From a virus (Duplodnaviria > Caudoviricetes), in IMG/VR virus record IMGVR_UViG_3300035322_000166, positions 1-51,798 of that record: a stretch of DNA of 51,798 bases; one strand, given 5' to 3'. Shown here piece by piece: positions 1 through 7,863 of this stretch. Both the position numbers and the translations under genes were made by a program. The notes beneath the pieces are model-generated. The model saw nothing but the letters and a program-made list of their open reading frames with translations. It ran no database searches and was not told where the DNA came from. How positions within the stretch are numbered: position 1 is the first letter of the stretch; each line of letters opens with the position of its first letter.

Positions 1-40
1 TCCACCGGCGACGAGCATTACCTCGGCTGGATTTTGGCTT

Positions 41-475
41 TTAAATAGTGTCCTTGTTAGCCTTTAAATTTTCCATTAGTGTTTTTGAACCGCCTACTCT
101 AACATTGATGATACCGTTATAATATTCATCTGTTTCTAATACAGCACGGGTAAACTGTTCTTTTGCCTCTAAGTAACTAAGTTCTGATCTTGATTTACAG
201 AAATATAAAATTTCTCTTTTGAATTTTTTTTCGCCTAATATTTTGATATCTTCGTTTAACTTGTCACTAGATCCCCAATAGTCTCTCCAGTCACTTTCTA
301 CTTCTGAGCGTCTTTTATTTTTTCTGCCTTTTAAAGGTGGTCTTGTTTTTTTAAACCTAGCTAATTTTTTGCCTATGTACTTTCGTTTGTTTGTTTTATT
401 CGTAATCATGTATACGAAGCCTACATATTCTGCAGGCACCTCAATTACTTTTTTGCCTTTGTAAGTCCAGTACAT
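41..475 (-). CDS. GIY-YIG endonuclease (endonuclease II/Seg-like)
   Basis: Motif GFVYMITN...KYIGKK, downstream YWGSS and a conserved Glu (LSYLEAKEQ) and Asn (YYNG); 144 aa, single-domain size. Confidence 0.8.
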   Translation of the reverse strand: MYWTYKGKKVIEVPAEYVGFVYMITNKTNKRKYIGKKLARFKKTRPPLKGRKNKRRSEVESDWRDYWGSSDKLNEDIKILGEKKFKREILYFCKSRSELSYLEAKEQFTRAVLETDEYYNGIINVRVGGSKTLMENLKANKDTI

Positions 476-479
476 ATGC

Positions 480-487
480 TACTTATA
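480..487 (-). promoter_or_regulatory. Putative gp55-type late promoter TATAAGTA, 4 nt upstream of the GIY-YIG ATG
   Basis: Minus strand reads TATAAGTA-GCAT-ATG. One mismatch to the T4 late consensus TATAAATA; the same octamer occurs at 36778-36785 on the plus strand. Confidence 0.55.
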
Positions 488-501
488 GCAAAGACTAAAC
501 T

Positions 502-699
502 TTAGTTGCCTTTTCGAATCCTAGTAGTATTATGCTTTACATGTATCTCATCTGCTCTCAGTTTAGCATAGGATCGTATTTCACGCAAGAACTTTCTGCT
601 TTCTCTATGCGTTCTTACACTGTTCCTAGCTTCAAATTTTTCGTTAGCTCTGAAATAGTTTAAGTATGCTTCTACTAATTTGTCGTGTACATCACTCAT
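502..699 (-). CDS. Small basic helical protein, possibly Hc1-like nucleoid/DNA-binding protein
   Basis: 65 aa, Arg/Lys-rich helix (EKFEARNSVRTHRESRKFLREIRSYAKLRADEI); ATGA overlap with the gp46 stop. The family resemblance is from memory only. Confidence 0.5.
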   Translation of the reverse strand: MSDVHDKLVEAYLNYFRANEKFEARNSVRTHRESRKFLREIRSYAKLRADEIHVKHNTTRIRKGN

Positions 700-2468
700 T
701 CTACAATTTCTATATCGTTCTCGTATGATGTAAATCCGTTTTCTTTTATAACTTTCATAACGTGATTTACTCGTCCTACTAATTCATCCTTATGAGAAAT
801 TAAATATACATTTTTATTACGTTCTCTGCCCATTTTCTTAAGAACAGATAACGCACCTTCAACGCCAGCAGTATCCATGCCACTGTCGATTAACTCATCA
901 ATGAATAACAAGTTAATATTTTGATATAAAGATTCCCATACATCTCTAAACGCAAAACTCATACCAAGTATTAGTCTGTTACGTTCACCTCTTGACAAAT
1001 TGTCAAAATCTAAGTCTTGTCCTAGTTGAGTAATTTCAACATTAAGATCGTTTTGGAATAATACTTGATGTGGTAAACCTAATTTATCTAAATAATATGT
1101 AAGTCTGTTGTTTAGATATGCTAAGTTTTGATCAATAATTTTTTTACGAATAAATGAATCTTTATTTGTAAGTAATTTTTGTAAAAATTCTTGATGTTCT
1201 TTTAAGTTTGTAAGTTCGTTTACAGTATTCCAATTAATATCAACAAGTGCAGAATTATTTAACTCGTCAATTTGTGTTTGATACGGATCACATTCGTCTT
1301 GTTTATTTTTTAATGCTGTCTTTAAACTATCAACGTTTTGTCTATGTTCGTATGCTTCTTTTGCAGTATCATAGAATGTAGTAGGCTTGCCGTTAATATT
1401 ACCAATCTCTTCAAGTGTTTTCATTACTTGAACTACTTTATCTGAAACCTCTTGCTGATATGCCGTTGCATCAGCAACCTCTTTGTTCTTGCGTTCTGCA
1501 ATCTCAGCTTTTTTATCTGCATGTAGTTCTTGACCACAAGTGTAACACACAGCATCTTCTAAATCTGCGATGTCTTTAGATGCTTTTTCAACACTCTTGT
1601 CAGCACGTACTAATGCAGGCTCTAATGTGCTTAATTCTTTTTTAAGAGCCAAAATAGCATTGTTGTGTTCATTCCAGTTTGTTAGTTTTTCATGCAAATC
1701 TAGCTCAGAATCAATGTCTAAGTGTTCTAATTCGTCGATTGCAGCATTATATTTTTCAATATCTGTATTACGTTTTGAAATCCACGCTTTTTGTGTAGTT
1801 TTCAAACTTTGAATTGTAGTTTCAATTTTACTATTTGCAGATTGAACTGCTTCAATTTTTAATGTTTCTTCTGTAATTGCTTCTTTGGTTGTACGTATTT
1901 GTTCTTTTAAAACTTCTGCTTTTTCTGATAATATAGTAATACCTAACAATTGTTCAATAATAGCACGTTGATCATTTTGTCGCATACTAAGGAATGGCTC
2001 GGTATAGGTGTTAAGTGCAACAACATGTTTGAACATGTCATGGCTCATATTCAACAAGGTATTAATCGACTCTTGTGTCTTACGACTGTCACCTTGCGAC
2101 TCGTCGACCATTTCTTGTTCTTGATCGTTTATATAAAATTTAAGTACGTTAGGAGATCGGCCTCTCTCAATCCTATAATCCTGTCCGTCCTTTTCAAAAT
2201 GCAATGTAACAAGCATACCTTTTGAATTTGTTTTGTTTATTAAGTTATTGCGTTTGATATTAGTTAAAGCACTGCCGTATAATGCATACGACAAAGCATT
2301 AATAATAGTTGTCTTACCTGTACCATTTCGGCTACCGCTATCGTCACCTCCTTGATCTAAGTTTTCACCTAGAACAAGTGTTAGCTGTTCTTTATCAAAG
2401 TCAACTGCTTGAGTTTGATTGCCAACACTCATAAAGTTTTTTACGGTTAAGTCTTTAATACGTATCAT
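696..2468 (-). CDS. gp46: Recombination endonuclease ATPase subunit (Rad50/SbcC-like)
   Basis: Walker A (RNGTGKTT), central coiled coil with zinc hook CYTC, ABC signature LSRGE, Walker B LLFIDE, H-loop ISH; adjacent to gp47. Confidence 0.95.
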   Translation of the reverse strand: MIRIKDLTVKNFMSVGNQTQAVDFDKEQLTLVLGENLDQGGDDSGSRNGTGKTTIINALSYALYGSALTNIKRNNLINKTNSKGMLVTLHFEKDGQDYRIERGRSPNVLKFYINDQEQEMVDESQGDSRKTQESINTLLNMSHDMFKHVVALNTYTEPFLSMRQNDQRAIIEQLLGITILSEKAEVLKEQIRTTKEAITEETLKIEAVQSANSKIETTIQSLKTTQKAWISKRNTDIEKYNAAIDELEHLDIDSELDLHEKLTNWNEHNNAILALKKELSTLEPALVRADKSVEKASKDIADLEDAVCYTCGQELHADKKAEIAERKNKEVADATAYQQEVSDKVVQVMKTLEEIGNINGKPTTFYDTAKEAYEHRQNVDSLKTALKNKQDECDPYQTQIDELNNSALVDINWNTVNELTNLKEHQEFLQKLLTNKDSFIRKKIIDQNLAYLNNRLTYYLDKLGLPHQVLFQNDLNVEITQLGQDLDFDNLSRGERNRLILGMSFAFRDVWESLYQNINLLFIDELIDSGMDTAGVEGALSVLKKMGRERNKNVYLISHKDELVGRVNHVMKVIKENGFTSYENDIEIVE

Positions 2469-3475
2469 AATTCGTTGTAGATGTCCAATAAAAGTTTCTT
2501 ATTAAAGCTATCACTATCAATAGCTGAAATTTCTTTGCTTACAATTTCGTCAACACTTTCAAATGTTGATATATCTAGTTCGGTAGATATTTCTTCAATT
2601 TGTTTTTGCGGTATAAGTGTAATCTCTCTACATTTATATGTGCTAATATAAGTTTCTTTAATAAAACTTGCTTCTTCATATGAAATAGGCACATCGATAG
2701 TAACACGCAAATACATATTATTTTTTATAATATTTTGATTAGGATCAAGTAATTGACTAAGTGTTGTAGTTCTATACTTAGGACAATCTAGCCAGTTTAT
2801 GTATACAGGTTCAGCATTGTTTTCTTTATCAAGAATCATCATACCTCTTGCATCATCCCATGCATCGGCATAATTATGCGGAAATGCATTACCTAAGTAA
2901 TGTACTTTACCTTGTTGTTGCCGTTTATGGAAGTGTCCACTAAACACATATTCTTGATGTTCAAAGTGTTCTGCACGTAGTTCTCCATGATCAGGCATTT
3001 GTACCATAGCGTTCATGTAAAAACTAGGAAGTTCAAAGTGTCCAAACAAATACTTTGATTTAAGTTTAGATACTTTCTTCCATTCATCACCTACTAGCCA
3101 AGGAACAAGTGCAACATCGTCTTCTTCGTATATTTCATCAATAAATGTTATACCCGGAATAAATTGTGCAAATGCTGTAGAGTTTACATCACGTTTGTCT
3201 TTATAGTACAAATCATGGTTACCATCAAAAAAGTAAAACTTCTCAAATGATTGTCCTAGCTTTTCCATACATCGTATAGTTGCATCCATAGTTGTAAGAT
3301 TTAAACTGTTTCTGTTGTGATGCCAGTCACCGCAGAATATGCCAGTTTCACAACCGTTTGCTTTTGCTTGTTCGATAAACCAGTCTATAAAGGCTTCGCA
3401 GTCGTCATTGTGTATACGACTGTTGCCTTTTAAACCAAAGTGAATGTCTGTAAAGACTGCTGCTTTCTTAAACAA
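2465..3475 (-). CDS. gp47: Recombination endonuclease nuclease subunit (Mre11/SbcD-like metallophosphoesterase)
   Basis: Phosphoesterase motifs DIH, GD, GNHD, GH and GHFH; TTG start with AAGGA Shine-Dalgarno; coupled to gp46. Confidence 0.95.
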   Translation of the reverse strand: MFKKAAVFTDIHFGLKGNSRIHNDDCEAFIDWFIEQAKANGCETGIFCGDWHHNRNSLNLTTMDATIRCMEKLGQSFEKFYFFDGNHDLYYKDKRDVNSTAFAQFIPGITFIDEIYEEDDVALVPWLVGDEWKKVSKLKSKYLFGHFELPSFYMNAMVQMPDHGELRAEHFEHQEYVFSGHFHKRQQQGKVHYLGNAFPHNYADAWDDARGMMILDKENNAEPVYINWLDCPKYRTTTLSQLLDPNQNIIKNNMYLRVTIDVPISYEEASFIKETYISTYKCREITLIPQKQIEEISTELDISTFESVDEIVSKEISAIDSDSFNKKLLLDIYNEL

Positions 3476-3500
3476 ATGAGAATCCTTTTATGTTCAACTT

Positions 3501-3529
3501 ATTGTATATGAGATTTTGTTGAATGTCAA
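3501..3529 (-). promoter_or_regulatory. Sigma70-type promoter for gp47-gp46
   Basis: Minus strand TTGACA (3529-3524), 17 bp spacer, TACAAT (3506-3501), within the intergenic gap. Confidence 0.8.
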
Positions 3530-3534
3530 GAGAT

Positions 3535-4356
3535 TTATTTGATTCCTTGCTCCCGTTTTACAGCAGCTTCCCATTCTCCAGAATGCTGTCTAGTATAACT
3601 AGGATCTAGGCCGTTTTGTTCTAAGATATCGTCTCGGATGTTTTGATTTCGTTTTTCAATATTAATAACTCTGACAAATGAGTTTGTAACTGCGGCTGTA
3701 TAATAAGCGAATGGATTGTTGGACTTTGACTCGTCAAACTGTAAACCAATTTGAGCAAGTTGTAATATCGCTTGTCCTCGCATTTCGTCATTGTAAGTAT
3801 ATCCTCTAACATTTCCTCTTGTGCCATATCTGTCACAGAGTTTCATCCACATACGAGCAAGCTCATTTGTAGCTTTGCCGTGTGTTTTATCGAAGTATCC
3901 GTTTTCCATACCACCTTGCCAATGACTTTTGCCTACACAAATTAACTCTCCATTTTCGTCAAATTTATAATGTTGAAACGGAGGAAAGTTAAGTTTTGTT
4001 TTTGTGTCAGCAACTGTCTTTGGTGTCTTTTTTCGTCCTGGCTCGTCTGGAATATGATCGAAAGTCATAATTCTAAAAATTAGTTCTTCTTTTGTAATTT
4101 TTCTATAATCAATTTCGCATTCTGCTTGCTTAATTTTTTCGCCTGCTAATTTACGTGATTCATAATCAGCTGTTCCTAAACGTTTTGCTTTATTACGTTT
4201 TGCTTCTGCAATAGTTCTTACATTTATTTTTTCTATGCTAGGTAGTATAATATCATACTGTGCATATTCGCTATCTACGTAGCTACAAAAACTTGCTTTA
4301 GATTTGTGTATTTCTTTTAGCATGTCTTTATTGTTAAGGTAATTTTGTCTTCTCAT
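3535..4356 (-). CDS. gp55: Late-transcription sigma factor, gp55-like, with a large insertion
   Basis: N-terminal YLNNKDML and C-terminal GNVRGYTYNDEM...FDESKSNNPFAYYT...NSFVRVINIEKRNQ are characteristic of gp55; T4-like synteny with gp47/gp46. Confidence 0.9.
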   Translation of the reverse strand: MRRQNYLNNKDMLKEIHKSKASFCSYVDSEYAQYDIILPSIEKINVRTIAEAKRNKAKRLGTADYESRKLAGEKIKQAECEIDYRKITKEELIFRIMTFDHIPDEPGRKKTPKTVADTKTKLNFPPFQHYKFDENGELICVGKSHWQGGMENGYFDKTHGKATNELARMWMKLCDRYGTRGNVRGYTYNDEMRGQAILQLAQIGLQFDESKSNNPFAYYTAAVTNSFVRVINIEKRNQNIRDDILEQNGLDPSYTRQHSGEWEAAVKREQGIK

Positions 4357-4384
4357 AATGATCCTTGTCAGTTATATTAGTTAT

Positions 4385-4413
4385 ATTATAATATACATAC
4401 TTAATTTTGTCAA
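4385..4413 (-). promoter_or_regulatory. Perfect-consensus sigma70 promoter for gp55
   Basis: Minus strand TTGACA (4413-4408), 17 bp spacer, TATAAT (4390-4385). Confidence 0.88.
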
Positions 4414-4420
4414 CTAAATA
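4413..4420 (+). promoter_or_regulatory. Putative late promoter ACTAAATA for the baseplate operon
   Basis: TAAATA core followed by an AGGAG Shine-Dalgarno and the ATG at 4438; heads the structural block. Confidence 0.6.
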
Positions 4421-4437
4421 CTGTATAGGAGAAATTA

Positions 4438-5187
4438 ATGCCTGAACCGCAATATGAAGTCAACGGACGATCTGCAACTAAAGAATTAGATCCAAGAGGT
4501 GCAGACCAATACCCAAACATATTCAAACCTCAATCATCTGCACCTACAGACGGTGTTGAACCAGAACGCACTGCAAGTACCGCAGTTTGGTCTGGATATG
4601 ATGCTGATTGGCGTGTAAAACTTGGGTATAGAAAAGGTTCCTATTCCGGAATACTTTCTCCATTAGAAGTTACTGGCGGTGTTGTATTTCCTTATACTCC
4701 TACAGTGATTGTTAACCATACTGCAAATTATGATGCAATGCATCCTGTACATAGTAATTATCCTTTTTATGCATATCAAAACAGTCAAGTTGATCAAATG
4801 ACTATTACTGGTGACTTTGTACAACAAACAGAAGCTGACGCAGAATATTGGGTTGCTGTGATACATTTTTTAAGAAGTGCAACAAAAATGGCATACGGTG
4901 AAACTTCAAATCAAGGTAATCCGCCTCCGTTACTCAAACTAAATGGATATGGACAATTTGTATTCAGTGACGTTCCTGTGGTATTATCAACTTTTATGGT
5001 TGACTTGCCAGCTGATGTTGACTATATAGAAACATCATTTGGCGGTGGCGGTAAAACTTTTGTACCTACAAAATGTCAAATTGCACTTACACTAATGCCA
5101 CAGTACAGTAGACGTAAGGTAGAAACATTTAGTCTTGACAAGTTTGTTAACGGCGGATACCTTAAAACTGGTGGAGGATTTATTTAA
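4438..5187 (+). CDS. Baseplate/tail-tube junction protein (gp48/gp54-like tube fold), putative
   Basis: Motifs FPYTP, ITGDF, PPPLLKLNGYG and VPTKCQIALTLMP resemble tube-initiator proteins; immediately precedes gp53. Confidence 0.6.
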   Translation: MPEPQYEVNGRSATKELDPRGADQYPNIFKPQSSAPTDGVEPERTASTAVWSGYDADWRVKLGYRKGSYSGILSPLEVTGGVVFPYTPTVIVNHTANYDAMHPVHSNYPFYAYQNSQVDQMTITGDFVQQTEADAEYWVAVIHFLRSATKMAYGETSNQGNPPPLLKLNGYGQFVFSDVPVVLSTFMVDLPADVDYIETSFGGGGKTFVPTKCQIALTLMPQYSRRKVETFSLDKFVNGGYLKTGGGFI

Positions 5188-5483
5188 TGGCATATGATAA
5201 AGCTAGTCCGTATGCATTAACTGGTTATGCTGAAAATTATCTAGATTTTCTTGAAATCAGGTCTGTACCAAAAACAGCTAATGATGTGTTATATACAATA
5301 GAAGCTGTGTTTCATCAACGTCCAGATTTAGCAGCAAAACATATATACGGAAATCATAAATTGTGGTGGGTGTTTGCACAGCGAAATATGGATATATTAA
5401 TCGATCCTGTGTTTGATTTTACAGCAGGTACAAAAATTTACTTACTAAATGGACCAGCGTTACGTAATGTTTTAGGATTATAA
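5187..5483 (+). CDS. gp53: Baseplate wedge protein, gp53-like (LysM-like)
   Basis: RPDLAAKHIYGNHKLWWVFAQRN...DPVFDF matches the gp53/LysM-like pattern. Confidence 0.8.
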   Translation: MAYDKASPYALTGYAENYLDFLEIRSVPKTANDVLYTIEAVFHQRPDLAAKHIYGNHKLWWVFAQRNMDILIDPVFDFTAGTKIYLLNGPALRNVLGL

Positions 5484-5484
5484 C

Positions 5485-7863
5485 ATGCTATCAAGTGACG
5501 ATATTATCAAAGCGTATGTTGCAGGCAGAACAAACGATCTCAATCAAGCAGCACGAGAATTTAATGATGGAGAGTACGGCCTACCTTTAATTAGTTCTGC
5601 AAATAGACCTAGTAATAGAAAATCACCTAATGAATTAGAACAATTTGCTAATGGTACGTTTAAATTTACTTTAGCTGTGCTGTCTAGTACACAAATGGCA
5701 TTTCCTGAAAAAACTTATAGAGCAGGACAAACAGTAAAAACAATATTACAAAGTGGAGGCGGATTAGCTGCAACAAAGGCTATCACTGCTTACGAAGGCG
5801 CAGGTCGTATAGAATACTATATCGATGATATAGATATTGAAGCAATCGTTGCTCCTACCAGTGCTCAACGGGCAACTAATGCAACTAATATTGCATTTAA
5901 AATAATGGAACCGTATAGTATGGGATTATTTTTGCAAACGTTGCAGATTGCTGCTGCTGAAGAATATAGAAATTATTTAGAAACACCGTTACTTTTAACT
6001 TTAGAATTTTTAGGACAAGATGACGATGGCAATTTTATCGGCAGTGCAGGCAAAAGATTCTTTCCGCTTAAACTTGTTAATATGGATATGAATGTTACAG
6101 GCGGCGGTACTATATATGATGTACAAGCAGTTCCTTACAATGAAATAAGTCTTGTTAATTCAATACAAACTATGACTAATGATGTTGAATTGACTGGAAA
6201 AACATTAGATGAAATATTAGAATCAGGTGAACAAAGTTTATCTAAAGTAATTAATGATATGTTTATAGAACAGATTGATGTAGGACAAGGATCTAGACCA
6301 AGCGAATTTGTTATTATATTTCCTGATGATGTTTCTTCTACTAGCGGCGGAGCAGGAGCTTCGTCTAGAGATAGTAATAATGTACAAAGTGCAATATATG
6401 ATTTAACACAAAATGGAAATGCTCCTGCTGTTCCTAAATTTAACATAGGTGATTTAGGCATAGGGACTTCAAATGCAAAGAATAATAATGCAGTAACACA
6501 AAGTTCGCAGCAGTATATTGCTAAAAAGTCTAATATATCCGGAAAACTTAAAGAATCTGTTTCGGCCAGCTTAAATGCTATTGGACAAGCAACTCTTGCA
6601 GACAGTATTGACATACCAGGAAACCATCCATTAAACAAAGCAGGTTTAACTTACAATGATGAAACATTGCTGTTTGAAAATGATAAGATGAGTGTAAGTC
6701 ATGATTTAAGAACTTATACATTCCCTAAAGGTTCTAAAATACAAGACATAATTGAAGAACTAATTATTATAAGCGATTACGGTAAAAAGTTTGCTGATCC
6801 AAAGTATGACAGAAATGGAATGGTAGATTGGTTTAAGATTGAAACAGAAGTTTACCCTATAGCAGATGCAGAAGAACAAAGACGCACTGGTACTAATCCT
6901 AAAGTATTTGTTTATAAGGTTGTACCTTATAAGGTACATATGGCAACAATATCTAGTCCTACACAAACTGCTCCGGGGTTTGATAGATTAGTAGAACTTG
7001 CTAATAAACAATACGATTATATCTATACTGGTGCTAATAATGATATATTAGATTTTGAGATTAATTTAAACAACCAATTTTTTAGTGCGCTTAGTGCAGA
7101 TGGCGATGCATTATCAGCAACTAGTGTAACTAAAACAAAAGTAGGAACAAGTGCAACTGGCGAATCGCAAGCAACTCCTAGTCAAGGCGGACCTTCAGGA
7201 CAATATGGAGGTAAGTCTGGCAAAATAGGTAATCACAGTACAGGTAATATGGGAGGCGGCGGAAATGAATCAGTTGCTACTAGAGTTGCAAGAACTTTCC
7301 ATGATAGTATTATAAACAGTAAAGTAGATCTTGTAACAATTACATTTAACATTATGGGCGATCCTTATTATCTAGCAGATAGTGGAATGGGAAATTATAA
7401 CAGTCGTCCGGGTACACTTAATGTTACACAAGATGGACAAATGGACTATCAACGTAGTGAAGTTGATATTATACTTAATTTTAGAACACCTATTGATTAT
7501 AATGACGAAACGGGCCTAATGGATTTTCCAGAAGATACTATTCCTGTAGAGCCTTTTAGCGGTCTTTATAAAGTTATTAAAGTACAGTCAAGATTTACTG
7601 GTGGTAGATTTACACAGGAATTAGAATGTATTCGTAGGATAAACCAAGAAGGCACTTCTACAGGACAGAGTGCAGCAAAACAATATGATGGTGAAAATAG
7701 TATTTTAGACAATGCAGGCCAGGCATCCGGAACACAGGCAGCAGCAACCGCACAGGATAATCCTACAATTAAAGAACAAGTAATGGAAATTAAACAACGA
7801 AGAATAGAAAATACAAATAACAGACTAGCTGATCTTAAACGTGGCGTTATAAGAGGATTCTAA
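5485..7863 (+). CDS. Baseplate hub protein (gp27/VgrG-N-like), putative
   Basis: Lies between gp53 and gp5; C-terminal IMGDP...FSGLYKVIKVQSRFTGGRFTQELECIR is typical of hub proteins. Confidence 0.65.
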   Translation: MLSSDDIIKAYVAGRTNDLNQAAREFNDGEYGLPLISSANRPSNRKSPNELEQFANGTFKFTLAVLSSTQMAFPEKTYRAGQTVKTILQSGGGLAATKAITAYEGAGRIEYYIDDIDIEAIVAPTSAQRATNATNIAFKIMEPYSMGLFLQTLQIAAAEEYRNYLETPLLLTLEFLGQDDDGNFIGSAGKRFFPLKLVNMDMNVTGGGTIYDVQAVPYNEISLVNSIQTMTNDVELTGKTLDEILESGEQSLSKVINDMFIEQIDVGQGSRPSEFVIIFPDDVSSTSGGAGASSRDSNNVQSAIYDLTQNGNAPAVPKFNIGDLGIGTSNAKNNNAVTQSSQQYIAKKSNISGKLKESVSASLNAIGQATLADSIDIPGNHPLNKAGLTYNDETLLFENDKMSVSHDLRTYTFPKGSKIQDIIEELIIISDYGKKFADPKYDRNGMVDWFKIETEVYPIADAEEQRRTGTNPKVFVYKVVPYKVHMATISSPTQTAPGFDRLVELANKQYDYIYTGANNDILDFEINLNNQFFSALSADGDALSATSVTKTKVGTSATGESQATPSQGGPSGQYGGKSGKIGNHSTGNMGGGGNESVATRVARTFHDSIINSKVDLVTITFNIMGDPYYLADSGMGNYNSRPGTLNVTQDGQMDYQRSEVDIILNFRTPIDYNDETGLMDFPEDTIPVEPFSGLYKVIKVQSRFTGGRFTQELECIRRINQEGTSTGQSAAKQYDGENSILDNAGQASGTQAAATAQDNPTIKEQVMEIKQRRIENTNNRLADLKRGVIRGF

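Noticed and set aside
3621-3836. Same-strand alternative-frame ORF inside gp55
   Set aside because: Short, fully nested in a conserved region, and no recognisable motif.
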